Below are positions 11,842 to 23,346 of a stretch of 64,000 nucleotides of DNA, piece after piece; positions within the stretch are counted from its first letter, which is position 1, and each line of letters begins with the position of its first letter. The stretch is from positions 1-64,000 of the forward strand of contig UYFQ01000218.1 in assembly GCA_900617105.1 (NCBI GenBank), in the 5' to 3' direction. Source of the stretch: Hydrurus foetidus (Eukaryota). A program made the translations under genes and the position numbers. Below the pieces are notes generated by a model. That model made no database searches. It was not told the origin of the DNA and saw nothing but the letters and a program-made list of their open reading frames with translations.

Positions 11842-11991
11842 ATGGCCTCCCTCTCTCGAAAAAAAAGGTGTACTAAATTTTCATGATCAAATTTATCTAT
11901 GCTTAAATACTAACATATAACTACTATTTCAGGTTGAACATTGAGTTTTTTTTTTTTTTTATAAATCTATGTGCTTCATACTTTGTATCGG

Positions 11992-14900
11992 TTAACGATA
12001 ATTTGCAGCGAATTTACTTGGAATCAAGTGTTTTAGGTTTTTAGCAATTAAGAACTCGTGGACTTTTTCAGCGTCACGCATGTTTTTCCACGGTTCCCAA
12101 GTGTTTCTGTCGTGGGGATAATTTAGCCACTTTACGTGAAATTTTAATGTTCCCACCACTCGGATGTTCCCTTCCATTGCTAGGATATCTTCGATAAAGA
12201 ATTCGAGATAATCTCGTCGGGCGATATCGGTTGGGTTGACCTTTGTGGGGTCAAACTCAAATTGTTTAATATTTGATACATGGTATCTTTTTTCGCGGTT
12301 GGTAATAAGATCGAGTAGTGTATACTCGTCGAGATCGTTAGCGACCACTTGCATGGGACCTTTCCATAAAGTGTGCATGCGTGTTGGTTTTGATGTGCGG
12401 TGGGTAACCAGTACCAACGAGTCGATTTCGAACGTTGTGTAGTCGGTGGAACCGCCTGCTTTCGTTTCTCGTCCGCTTCTTTGAGTAGTTCAGCAGTGAT
12501 TCTGATGAGTTCATCTTGCATCTGCATAATTTTCTCAGTAGAATGGGTGACATGAGCCATGTCTAAGTTTATCTCATCTCGAGGGAGAAGGATGTTGGCA
12601 TCAAGGTCAATAGCATTGCCGTATATAAGCTTTGCTGCTGTTGACTGTGTCCGTACGTTGAATGTCGTATTTATAATTCGTTGTACGAATGGTAAAATTT
12701 CTCGGTAGTTTTCCGTAGTTGCACGGTCAAATGTAAATGCCGTGATGTGTCGGTTAATTTCCTTATTCATACGCTCTACTATCGAGTTTTCTTGCGAAGA
12801 GTATGGTAGAATAAGGTTGTGTGTTGTACCGGCAACTTTTACAAATTCCTCGAGGATTTTGTTTACGAAATGGGGACCGTTATCGGATCGCAGGAATTTG
12901 GGAGCTCCGTAGCGACCGATGTGTTCTATTAGGCCTGTTACGGCCGATTTTGCAGTATTATCAGTTGTGGCTGATAGTTCGACAAACCTTGTGAAGGTGT
13001 CTACCATAACAAGGATGTATCCTTTATCCGGGAATGGACCAATAAAGTCTATGTTTATGCATTCCATAGGTGCATATGTTGATGTTGTGAAACGATGGGT
13101 GACGGGTTTTGTTTGTCAGCAGACATCTTTTGGCAACACGGGCATTGTTTAATGTATGCTCTTATATCGTGTCTCATGCCTTCCCATACTTTCCCTATTT
13201 TTTTAGGTTTCGCAAAGTGCGATTGAATCCTCCGTGCCCAACGGTAGAGTTGTGGACACGCATTAAGTATGCATATATTTCCGCTGCAAGCGGTTTGCAA
13301 GTTAGGATTGCTGTTATGATGTGTTTCGGCATCTTGTTTTTACATAGGCGTGACATTGCGTCAGCGACTTCATTATTTTTCCCAGGGATATACCCTATCG
13401 TAAAATCTAATTCCTGTAGCGCACAGCGCCATCTTCCGACCATCTCATTTTTATCCTTGTGCAGGAAAGTAAGATTTTTGTGATCGGTCAGGATAGTAAA
13501 CTTACGATCTCGTAGCAGGGCGTCGAGATAGTCACAGCAAAAGTAAAGGGCGTAAGCCTCTTTTTGTATTACGGACCATTTCAACTGGGTCTTGGTAAGA
13601 GATTTGCTTACGAGAGCGACGAGTTGTTTGACTCCGTCGACTTCTTGATATAAATAACCACCTATACCGTAGTCAGACGCATCTGTCATGAGGGTAATAG
13701 GTGCTACATCGTCGATGAAATATAATAAGGGACTCTTGGAGATAAGATCTTTGACTAACGTAAACGCGTCGGCCGCTTCGTCTGTCCAGACAAGCAATGT
13801 TTGCTTTTTGGCGGCGTGATCTATCATTTTGTGTAGCGGTGCTACCACATTTGAGTGATTTGGTACATGATCCCTAAAGTAATTGGTGAGACCGAGGAAC
13901 GAACGTAGTTCAGTTGTCTTTCTTGGCATCGGAAAGTCAGTCACACCCGTTATCTTTTTGGAGCTCATTGATATACCTTCCTTAGATATTTGTCTACCAA
14001 CATATTCAACTACTTTGACGTTAAGTCTTAGCTTTGCAGCTTTGAGTGAAATGTTTTTATCTTCTAGACGTTGAAACAATGTTTCTAAACGTTCACAGAA
14101 TTGTATGTGTCCATCAGCATATATGATGATGTCGTCTAAATAGACTTCACAGATGCTGTATATAAGGCCAAGTAGTACTATTGACGCCATCATCTGTTGA
14201 AAGTATGATGGGGCCATCTTGGGACCGAATGGTAGTCGTGTGAATTGGTATATACCCATAAATGTTATAAATGCGGTAAATACTTGTGCCGCCAGTGTTA
14301 TTGGGGCTTGGTGGTATCCGGCCGTAAGGTCGATTACGCCGAATACGTTTGGCCGTTGGGCGCCAAGTCTGTATAACATTTGTTTTATATTTGGGATCGG
14401 CCAACTTGCAGATTCGGTTGCCTCATTGAGGTTCCTGTAATCTATGCAGAATCGGAGTGAACCGTCTGGTTTATTTGCAAGTATTACTTGGGAGTAATAT
14501 GAGGCATCTGATGGTTTTATTATTCCCTTTTTGAGCATTGCTACGATTTGTTTCTGATTTCCTCTTGTCGCATAGTTGAAGCGACTCTGGGAGCACCCCG
14601 ATTACGGAAGTGTTTCCATTGAGGTATGTTTACCTTTTTGAAATCAAAAGGGGGAATTCGAGCGGGTTCTGGACCCAGCTCGTTTTTGAAAAGCGATTTG
14701 TGTTTTATGCAAATCGCTTTAATTTCGGCAATCTCAGTTGGTGTACCATCGATATGTATTAAATCAATTAAGTACATCGAATCTTCGTTTGGATTGTCTT
14801 GAAAAGGAGCGAAGGTATCCTTCGACTTGTAGTCGATCCCTTCCTTATCACGGAAAGACCGAACCTCAGGGAGGTCTTCGTCTTCCTCCCTAAGTAGAGC

Positions 14901-15700
14901 TGTTGTCAAATTGGTGGTGCGTAGTATGGACTCATCGGAAGCAAGCTGAGCAACTGCCGTCGCTGAGCTTGTAGAACACCCGCATGAAGAGTTGCAAGTC
15001 TTGTGTGTACAAGCACCTCGAGCTACCAGGTTATCCTGCCGGGGAAAGTCTGTAGTCGAGGGATTTATGCCCTCCATGACAGAAATGCCAGGAGGTAGTG
15101 GGGACCCTGGGTCAGCTATTTTATTTTCCTTTTGGACAGTGTCCTTTTCCGTTAGTAACGGTAAAGGAATTTCCGTTTGGATTGTGTCTGCTGACGCTGA
15201 TTCGGCTGATATTACCTCGGGGGGTAGTTCGGTGTCTATGAGTACCGTATGTGGTACTTGTGCATCGTCCTCAGCCGAGAACGACACCCTTTGTTTCTTC
15301 AGCGGTGAAGCTGGTATCGCACTAGGCGTTATTTTATCGAGGTTCTGGAAGAACTCTGGTATTATTTTTACCAAATTTAAATTTTTTATAGTCTGTAATC
15401 CTAAGATTAGGTCGACTTTTGACTCCGGAGCTATTCGGACAGGAAGACTAAAAGTGTGTTTTAAATCGTCTTTTATTAAATGATACAACAATATCAAGCA
15501 CATTTGTAGATTCTACACATTGATTATTTAAGCCACTACACATCCACATGGGTGAGTCGGAATTCCTCAAGTGGGTTTCGCCACGGAGGCCCCGAAGGAC
15601 TCTGCCGTTGATGACGTCCCCGACTTGACATCCAGTGTCGATTTGGGCTAAGGCTTCCATGCCTCTAGTTTGGCACGTATTGGTTGGAGGAGGAGGAAGA
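11992..15700 (-). pseudogene. pol: Gypsy Pol (protease, RT, RNase H, integrase, chromodomain) broken by several frameshifts and stops
   Basis: AQIDTGC; RFCIDYR, LPFG and YLDD; TDASDYG; H..GH..CPCC, IDFIGP, SDNG and VERMN; chromodomain IEDIL...FHVKWLNY...NTWEP. Confidence 0.93.
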
Positions 15701-18171
15701 AGAGGAAGACTTATGTCTGTCCCCCTCCTTGCTCTCCGCCTGGTGCGAGTTGTCCCTGCGATCGTCAGGTCGGTCGCGACTTGGTTTGAAGTTGGCGATC
15801 GGATCTGTGGTAGAGATATGTGAACTTGTAAGAAATCATCTATGTTTTCAGTTAATACAGCTGATAGAAGTTGTTTCATTGACGGTAATTCTCGAGCGTA
15901 CTCGATTATGTCCGTACTTGGGTTAGCAAGTTGTGACTTACTTTTTCCCTTGTAGTTGGAGCTCAACTTGTTCGTGTTGGAACGATCGTTGTCCCTATCC
16001 GGTTGAGTCTGGTTGCTCTTGTACTTGTTGTACTTGTTGTTGTTGTTGGTGGCCAGCTTTTGTTTCTTGGTCGGACGGTCGTCTTGGGCTCTCCCTGGAG
16101 GAGAGAAGTCGTTCTCAACATCGTCAGATGGATACACGTAGGTAGCTGCCCCGGGATTGTTGGTGTCCCGGGTAAGTTCCCCGTTGATGTACACATTTGG
16201 TACGAAATGTTCGTGACCAATCCGTTTGAAGTCCTTTGCCTCCTCAGACTGCGACCAAGTGCGATGGCTACGGTTGCAGTGAGGGTTCATGTGGTTTTGG
16301 CATTCGTAACGGTTGTGTCCCTTTTTGCCACAGGTGTGACAGAAGTTGGTCGCCCGGCTGAGGCCGGACGACTCAGGGTCCACCTGACGTTTTGGGATTG
16401 CCTTGTAGGCGTTAGCCGAGTGGCTGTCACGGTGAGGCGCGACCTCAGCGTCGTCTTGGTCGGTTGGCGTGAGCTTTGACTCGAAGACGAAGTCGAGACC
16501 TCCCATGTCCTCCGCGTCTTTGATCATCTGGCGTGCTTCGCCCAGCATGACGACAAGACGCGTGAGCATTTTGAAGATGGTATCTTTCCCGGTCTTTTTC
16601 GTCTTACGTCTTGTCTTTGCTATGAAATTGTCTGTAAACTTATTGTTCTTTGGCAGCTTCTTGTAGAAGGCCTTACAGATGTCATTTTGCATGTCGGCAT
16701 CGATATTGTCGTATGACGTCCAGAATCCGAGTAGGATGTCACGGAACTCAGAGAGAGCTCTGTCTTCAACGGAAGGATCTTTCCAGCTGATGCGGAATTT
16801 GCAGTTTTTTAACTTCATTTCGAAGTCGAAATGGGAAGACGTACGCTTGTTTTTGTAAAAGATCTTTTTAAGATCATTTGCAATGTTCTTTAACGTTAAC
16901 GTTTTGCCGTCGACCGTTGGCCAGGCGAGACAAGTCTTGGTGTTGTAACCTGTCTCGCTTTTGCATCGAAGCAACTGGTCGCGGATCGTTTGGATGGCAT
17001 CCATTTCGATTAGCATTTCCCAACTGGTTAACATACCGGGGCGGTATGCTTGTTCGTAAAACGCTCTTGCTGCTTTATCAGCGTCGTCGAGGAGTTTATC
17101 TCGAGTGAGGTAGTACGCCTCCTTCATGTTGATGATGGAGGTTTGCAAACCCGCTTTGCGTTGCGGGGGGGAATCCTCTTCCGAGTTTTCCGCCTTTTGC
17201 GCGCGGTGTGTTTTACCGGATTTGGCATCGGCTTTGGTTTTCACCTTTTTGTCCTTTGGGGCGGGTTTGGGACCCGCCTTTGGGGACTTTTTCTTGGCGA
17301 GGGGTTTTATCTTAAGGGACTTCTTGTCCTTGGGCTTAGACTTTTCGGGTTCGACCTCCTCGTCGTCTTCGACTTCGACTTCAGCTTTCGCCTCATCGTC
17401 GTCGCTGTTGTCGTCCCGTCATCCTCCCCGTCACCCTCTCCGTCGTCCCCGTCGCCACTACTTGCGTCGGACTCGTCGGAGGAGCTGTCGGGGTTGCCAC
17501 CATCGCCTCCCGTGTCGTTAACGTCGTCGACGTTACTGTCGTTGTCGTCGTCGGACTCGTCGGGGGGTTTGTCGTCGTCGTTGTTGTTGGCATTGTCGTC
17601 ACCGTCGGCGTCAACCTCCGGATCTGACTCGGCGTTGGCTTCGGCCTTGCCGGTGTCGGATGCCTTTTTTGTTTTGACTTTGGCGTCGACTGATGGTTCG
17701 AACAGGTCGTCCTCTACACAGATCTGTTGCAGTCGCGGAGGGAGTATCGAGTTGTCTCCCCTCTTTTTAAGTACCCGCGGGTATCGAGGGGGGAGTCTGT
17801 CTCGCCCTCGGCTTCCTCGGGTGCCAACCCGAGGAGCTCGCCGTTTGAGGGTTCTAAAGCGTCAGCGGCAGCTTGTGCAGCAGCTATTTGTGCTAGCTCT
17901 AGTTGGTGAGCTGCTTGCATTTCTTTTGTTGCTGCTATGACGCTTTGAAAAACTTCTCAGAGTCTTCGATACGAGTTGGGGTAGCCGAAACATGTATTGC
18001 TTCTTTGGCCAGAGCCAGTATCGATTTCTCGATGTTTTGCTTTACAAGGGCCTGCTCCGCTTTGTGCTTTTCCTTCTCAGTGAGAGGAGCACTGCGCGAA
18101 GCGCTTGGAGCTGAAGAAGCAGAGGCGGCTGCGTTAGCAGCCGCTTTCTTCTTTATTTGGGCCCTTGTCAT
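15448..18171 (-). pseudogene. gag: Gypsy Gag with long acidic/basic N-terminus and CCHC knuckle, frameshifted
   Basis: CHTCGKKGHNRYEC in ORF 15448..17244, a D/E-rich tract at about 17340-17620 and N-terminal pieces reaching 18171. Confidence 0.8.
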
Positions 18172-18718
18172 GGGAAATTTGTCTTGAGCTTTAAACGTCT
18201 GGATCTTGGGGTCTTGGACAGCGACGGAACTCGGACGCGGCGCTCTATGGAGCTGGGGATATGGTCCCGCAGCTATGATGGCGTGGGATCGTAGGATCCT
18301 TTAACTGACGGCGCTGTTGGTGGTTTACTTTCGCGCGATTTCGTCGGAAATCGCTCGAAAGTTGCCTGGCGTTTGAACCTCTAAGGAGCTAGACTGCGGG
18401 CGTTTGGGCCAGCTTTCGTTTCTGTAACGTTGGGACTTGCTTTCGCTCGACTCAGAGCTACTTGCTTCGTTAAGCTTCGAGTTTTGAAGTCGTCAACGAT
18501 TTTGTCGCGAAAATATCGACGACTCGAGCTTTTTGACTAAAGCGTTTCAGAGGCTGTCGATTCGACGTAGCCTTTGTAGTGTCTTTCGACGTTGTTATTA
18601 CTTGTTTCCAAGTTACTAGCTTGTTTTCACGCCGTTTTACGGGTCGTGGCGATGTTTTTGGAGCGCGTTTTGTAACTAGTCTCTTAAAAGAGCACCAAGT
18701 TGGTCCAAATACTAGTAG

Positions 18719-18923
18719 TGTGGCCTAACTATGGGCTGAGCGGTGGGCTGATGGGGCTGGGCGCGAGGGCAAGAGGAAAGGCAGCTATGGTGCTGGTGCT
18801 GTTGGCTAAAGATGTGGTTAGCTTACAGATAAACACAGAGATAAGCAAGTCATGAATCGGATGGCTCGGATCGTCCTCGATCCGAACCGAACGTACGCCG
18901 GTACCCGTCGACTGTACAGCTGT
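18719..18923 (-). repeat. Gypsy 5' LTR lacking its outer 10 bp
   Basis: Matches 11626-11831 with a few differences; gcgggtcaca is missing at the junction with Copia copy B. Confidence 0.9.
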
Positions 18924-20888
18924 ACTAACATATTAGTTAGCATTGACAATTCTTATCAGATATATGTAAATGAGAAAGGAACAGTAGTAGCTAAACTTAA
19001 GAAAGCATTATATGGATGTGTAGAGTCAGCTAAGTTATGGTATGATAAAATATCATCAGATTTAACACAGCTAGGCTATAAGGTAAATCCATCAGATATA
19101 TGCGTATTCAATAGAACTGAGCTAGATTCCACTCAGACTACGTTAGTTATCCATGTTGACGATATGATGATCAGCAGTAGGGATGAAAAGCGTATAGATA
19201 GTATAATTTCAGAGATAGAAAGACTATACCCAGGCTTAACTAAGAGTAGAGGTAGAGTTTTGAATTATATAGGTATGACTTTTAACTTTGAGCAGTTAGG
19301 CAGAGTTGTCATATCCATGGAAGATTTCATAAAAGACTTGTTAGACGATTGCATAGAGATTGTGGGGTGTCTAGAACACCTGCCGACGATAATCTATTTA
19401 AGATCGATCTTAACAGTCCTTTACTGAAAGATAAAGAACGTGAGAGATTCCACTCACTAACAGCTAAGTTGTTATATTTAAGTAAGAGAACCAGACCAGA
19501 CATTCTGACATGTATAGCATATCTAACTAAAAGAGTCCTAGAACCTAGAACTGACGACTGGAATAAGTTAGCGCATACTATACGGTATATCAGAGAGACT
19601 AGAACTACACCGCTGACCCTCGAGGTAGATACTCCGGTTAAGGTTATAGCCTACATGGATGCATCATACGCTGTACATGCAGATAAGAAGAGTCACACTG
19701 GCTGTATTATAACACTAGGTAAGGGAGCAATATATGGTAAGAGTTCAACTCAGAAATTAAATACCACGTCTAGCACAGAGGCAGAATTAGTAGCTATGAC
19801 TGAAGCAGGTAATCAGGTTTTATGGACTAGGAATTTCCTTATCCACCAAGAGTATGAGGTAGGTCCAGCTTTAATTTACCAAGATAACCTATCCACAATT
19901 CAGTTAGTTAAGAACGGTAGGTCCAACAGTGAAAGAACTAGACACATAGACATCAAGTTTTTCTTCCTGCATGACTGAATTAAATCAGACCATATTATTG
20001 TAACCTACAAGAGTACCAAAGAAATGATTGCAGATTTGCTGACCAAGCCACTGCAGGGGAAGCTATTCCAAGAGCTACGCGACCAAGTGCTCAATGTATA
20101 AAGAAATTCAGGGGAGTTATTTATTGATTTTGACTTACCCACATATAGCGCTTTTTCCAGACAAATTACAAAATAAAAATAAAAATCTGATTTCGCTTTA
20201 AATCAACATTTGTTTGATAGGACCGCTAAGGACGTCGATAGACTGCTTTTGCGACATCGAATGTCGACGTTTTAGTGGATTTAAGGGCACCAACATCGAT
20301 TGGATCGAACTCGAGACCGGTCACCAGCTGACGCTTTTTTGACTGTTTAGAAATAGTTTTTCTCGAGTAATACCTATCCACTCATCCAGCCACCCATGTT
20401 TTATTTTGCACCATATCACGACGAAACTTGCCAATATTAAAAAATTCCGTGAAAAATGTTTTTAAGAAAATTTACTGTTTACCATACCCTAGCACTAAGT
20501 TCCCTATCTGAGTGTTGTGTGAAACATAATGAACAATAACCAATAAGTATACTATTTAAGCATATGCTAATTAACATAACTTATTTTAACAATAATCATC
20601 ATGGGGGTGTGTTGGGACATCCGGATTAGACTAGGATCTTGTACCCTGTGTGATGTATGATTGCTTTCATGCACGGGTGTACGTACATTCAGCGATAACA
20701 TTGACCGCAACCCCCCCACTCATATTATGCTACCTAGATGTAATCGACGGCATGTCACTGTCGTTTAACCCAACTTACCGAATAGAACGTTGTCTTCTCT
20801 TTTGAGCAAGCGTTGCTAGCAGTCGGAAGTGCAGTGATCGTTTGGGAACTCGGAAGAAATTCCGTGTAAATCGCCCAGATTTCCAACA
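18924..20888 (+). mobile_element. Copia copy B, 3' fragment (RT end, RNase H, 3' UTR, PPT, 3' LTR 20610-20888)
   Basis: 18924-20492 repeats 10056-11625 with scattered SNPs, a 1-bp deletion and a CGA-to-TGA stop. PPT GGGGGTG is followed by TGTTGG...CCAACA. Confidence 0.93.
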
Positions 20889-20947
20889 GAGGGGCTGTGC
20901 GCCCCTCGGGATGAAACAATCGCCGATTTTACGATGTCGAGGGTCGA

Positions 20948-21823
20948 AATTCTTGGTCCCCTACGGTGGCGTTTTTTTCTGACATTAATGTTTTCCGGAA
21001 ATCATTTTGTCACTGAAAACGTTAAAAGTCAAAAATTCGCTCGATACTACTGCAGCGCAAGCACAATAGAAGTCAATAAAAGCAAATCTGAATCAGCCAT
21101 TGTTCTTTGCAGGCTTTACTTGGCCAATAACAAGAAGAGTCTCGTGTCTTCAGTGAATCCAGGTCCGCAAAAGTTGGTCGTTTCAAGCGCTTCCAAATGC
21201 ATATTTCAGCATCAGCCTGCGACGCTCTGGTGGGGATTTTTGATAAAATAGCACCTCATAACCTACATAACATCATATGAATCAAAATCCCCAGCAACAG
21301 CGGTATCTGGAAGGTCAAAATATCAATCATGAAAAAATTGAAACTCCGGGGCAGAGGGAAAAAATGCTGCTGATTTTGAATGCTGATTGCGCTTCACAAG
21401 TGCACTAAATCTTGTCTTTCGGATTCAGAAATAATGCTCAAAAGCTCCGTAAGTGGAAAATTGATTGTGTTCTGTAATTGTGTAGTGAGACGCACTGCAA
21501 CCATTTCGTCGAGGTGAAGGGGGCGTTCCGGGCCTTTTTAAAACTGAAAACCGTAGTTTTCTGCGTGTAATGAGAACCGTATTAATGGAAGAATTGTAGG
21601 AATCAACCTTTAAAGATCAAACACACATTTAAGAAACTATTCTTCCTTGTCTGACAAATGCTGTCGACTAATCCCGACGTTCTGAATCGAATGCATGATT
21701 CAGATTTTTGTGATTCGATCAGCAAAAAAAGTTGTGACAGGGTCCCAAAACACCGTAGGGGACCAAGAAATTACTATTTTCTATTTTCCGAAAACCAAAA
21801 AGTACACATCGGTGTGTACTTTT
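20948..21823. repeat. Non-coding element with 19-bp inverted repeats and a terminal hairpin (MITE or Helentron-like)
   Basis: ttcttggtcccctacggtg at about 20950 and caccgtaggggaccaagaa at 21751; 11-bp-stem hairpin at 21798-21823. Confidence 0.4.
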
Positions 21824-21835
21824 CGAGCAAGGGGG

Positions 21836-21843
21836 TATAAAAG
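21836..21843 (+). promoter_or_regulatory. TATA box inside the left P TIR, mirrored on the minus strand at 32185-32192
   Basis: TATAAAAG flanked by G runs. A candidate ATGAG/GTAAGT mini-exon lies at 21926, and the ORF2 ATG at 32076 is about 110 bp from the right TATA. Confidence 0.5.
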
Positions 21844-22880
21844 GAGAGGGGGCGGTTTGGAGACCCATCCCCACTCAAAAAAACCTCACCTCCCTCTCAC
21901 TCAAGTTTGAAATACCGCTCTCAGAATGAGGTAAGTAGCCTCCACTATCTGCATAACTGCAGTATTTCACAGATATACAACAGAATAGCCACCGAAGACC
22001 ACGCAAGGTTGAGGCACAATTCGGAAGCATCATATCCGGTATCGTCATGCAGCTCTGCCAAATTTTTGAGAATACTGCATATTCACCTCGAATTAGCTTG
22101 AGGCGTCGATGCAACTTTTTTTCACTTTGTTTTTGCCATGTGCAACTAATGGAGGCAAACTGCGGACTAATTACGTCTGGTATTCTGCAAGTACGCTGCC
22201 GAAGTTTGCCTCCAAAAGTTCAAAAATTGAAATTTTTATGACCAAAACACTCATTCAAAATCTGCCGTCGAATTCTTTCATGAATCACTAATTTGTGGCA
22301 CATCCTGACGCTTGTACTCGCCGCAGATCAATGAACGCGTTTCAATGTCTGCTGGTGCAGCTTAAAAGCTGTCTTGACGGTCATATGGCTTTAAGTTCGG
22401 AGACTCGATATGGTCATCCTGGCAAGATTAACTTGAGTAGCCTCATGGAGCCATCTTTGCAAGGTGATCTTACCGCTTTGACCAGCAGCGATCCTTAGAT
22501 TGCAGTGTATCTCAACTTCATAACATTTCTCCAGACCGATTAATCAGTGTTATCACTTTCTCTGTTCCACTACTATTGTTATGACCAGGTGATACTGTGG
22601 AAGAAACCACGAGGATGCTGAAGTTTATTTACCGAAAAGCGAGAATCAAGACTATTTTCGCAGCGTCTTCGATATCCTTTTATTTTACAAAGAATAGGAG
22701 CGATATGGAGATTCACTATAAGCATGGAGTGGCGCTCAACTTATTTCTATTTCAAAAAAGTGACTTCAGTTTCGATGGTTTTACAGCAAAAATCGAAGCT
22801 GAGAATGTAAGATAAACGTGTCTGCATCATTATTATCGTCAATTACTGACGCAAATATTTATTTATTATATATTGAGTAC

Positions 22881-23330
22881 ATTTGAGTTTCTCTTCATTT
22901 GAGTCATTGCAGTATCTTCACTATTAATGATCAATATTCAATATGATCACTTTTAGTATGAGAGTAATCATAATTATTTTATCATTTAAGATTTTTTCTT
23001 TTCTTGTTTGTAATTATTTGTAATGTTTTTTTCAATTGCATTTATTTTTGAAATGTATATTATACGTATTACTGGTTGTTTTCGTGTTTTTGGGTACACC
23101 TCATATAGTGATATTTCTGACTCCGTATTTTTCAATTTCTACACGCGATATCAGACATCTTCTTTTGCAACTGGATCGACGATACCTTTCACACCATTGC
23201 ATTCAAGCGAACATGTGAGTATATTTGAGTTTCTCTTCATTTGAGTCATTGCAGTATCTTCACTATTAATGATCAATATGATCACTTTTAGTATGAGAGT
23301 AATCATAATTATTTTATCATTTAAGATTTT
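22881..23330. repeat. About 110-bp direct repeat pair in the AT-rich 5' region or intron of the P transposase
   Basis: atttgagtttctcttcatttgagtc...atcatttaagattttt at about 22881-22996 and about 23223-23330; copy 1 has a 7-bp internal duplication. Confidence 0.9.
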
Positions 23331-23346
23331 TCCTTTTTCATATCAG

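Larger units (their letters stand above)
11626..18923 (-). mobile_element. Ty3/Gypsy chromovirus LTR retrotransposon
   Basis: LTRs at 11626-11841 and 18719-18923, PPT GAGAGAGGGAGG beside the 3' LTR, and gag-PR-RT-RH-IN-chromodomain order on the minus strand. Confidence 0.95.

Noticed and set aside
17050..17940. 296-aa plus-strand ORF as an antisense accessory or env-like gene of the Gypsy element
   Set aside because: It is the shadow of the low-complexity D/E/K-rich gag on the minus strand.
10056..20492. 1.57-kb repeat as a giant target-site duplication
   Set aside because: The copies differ at many positions and link to different LTR types, so they are separate Copia copies.
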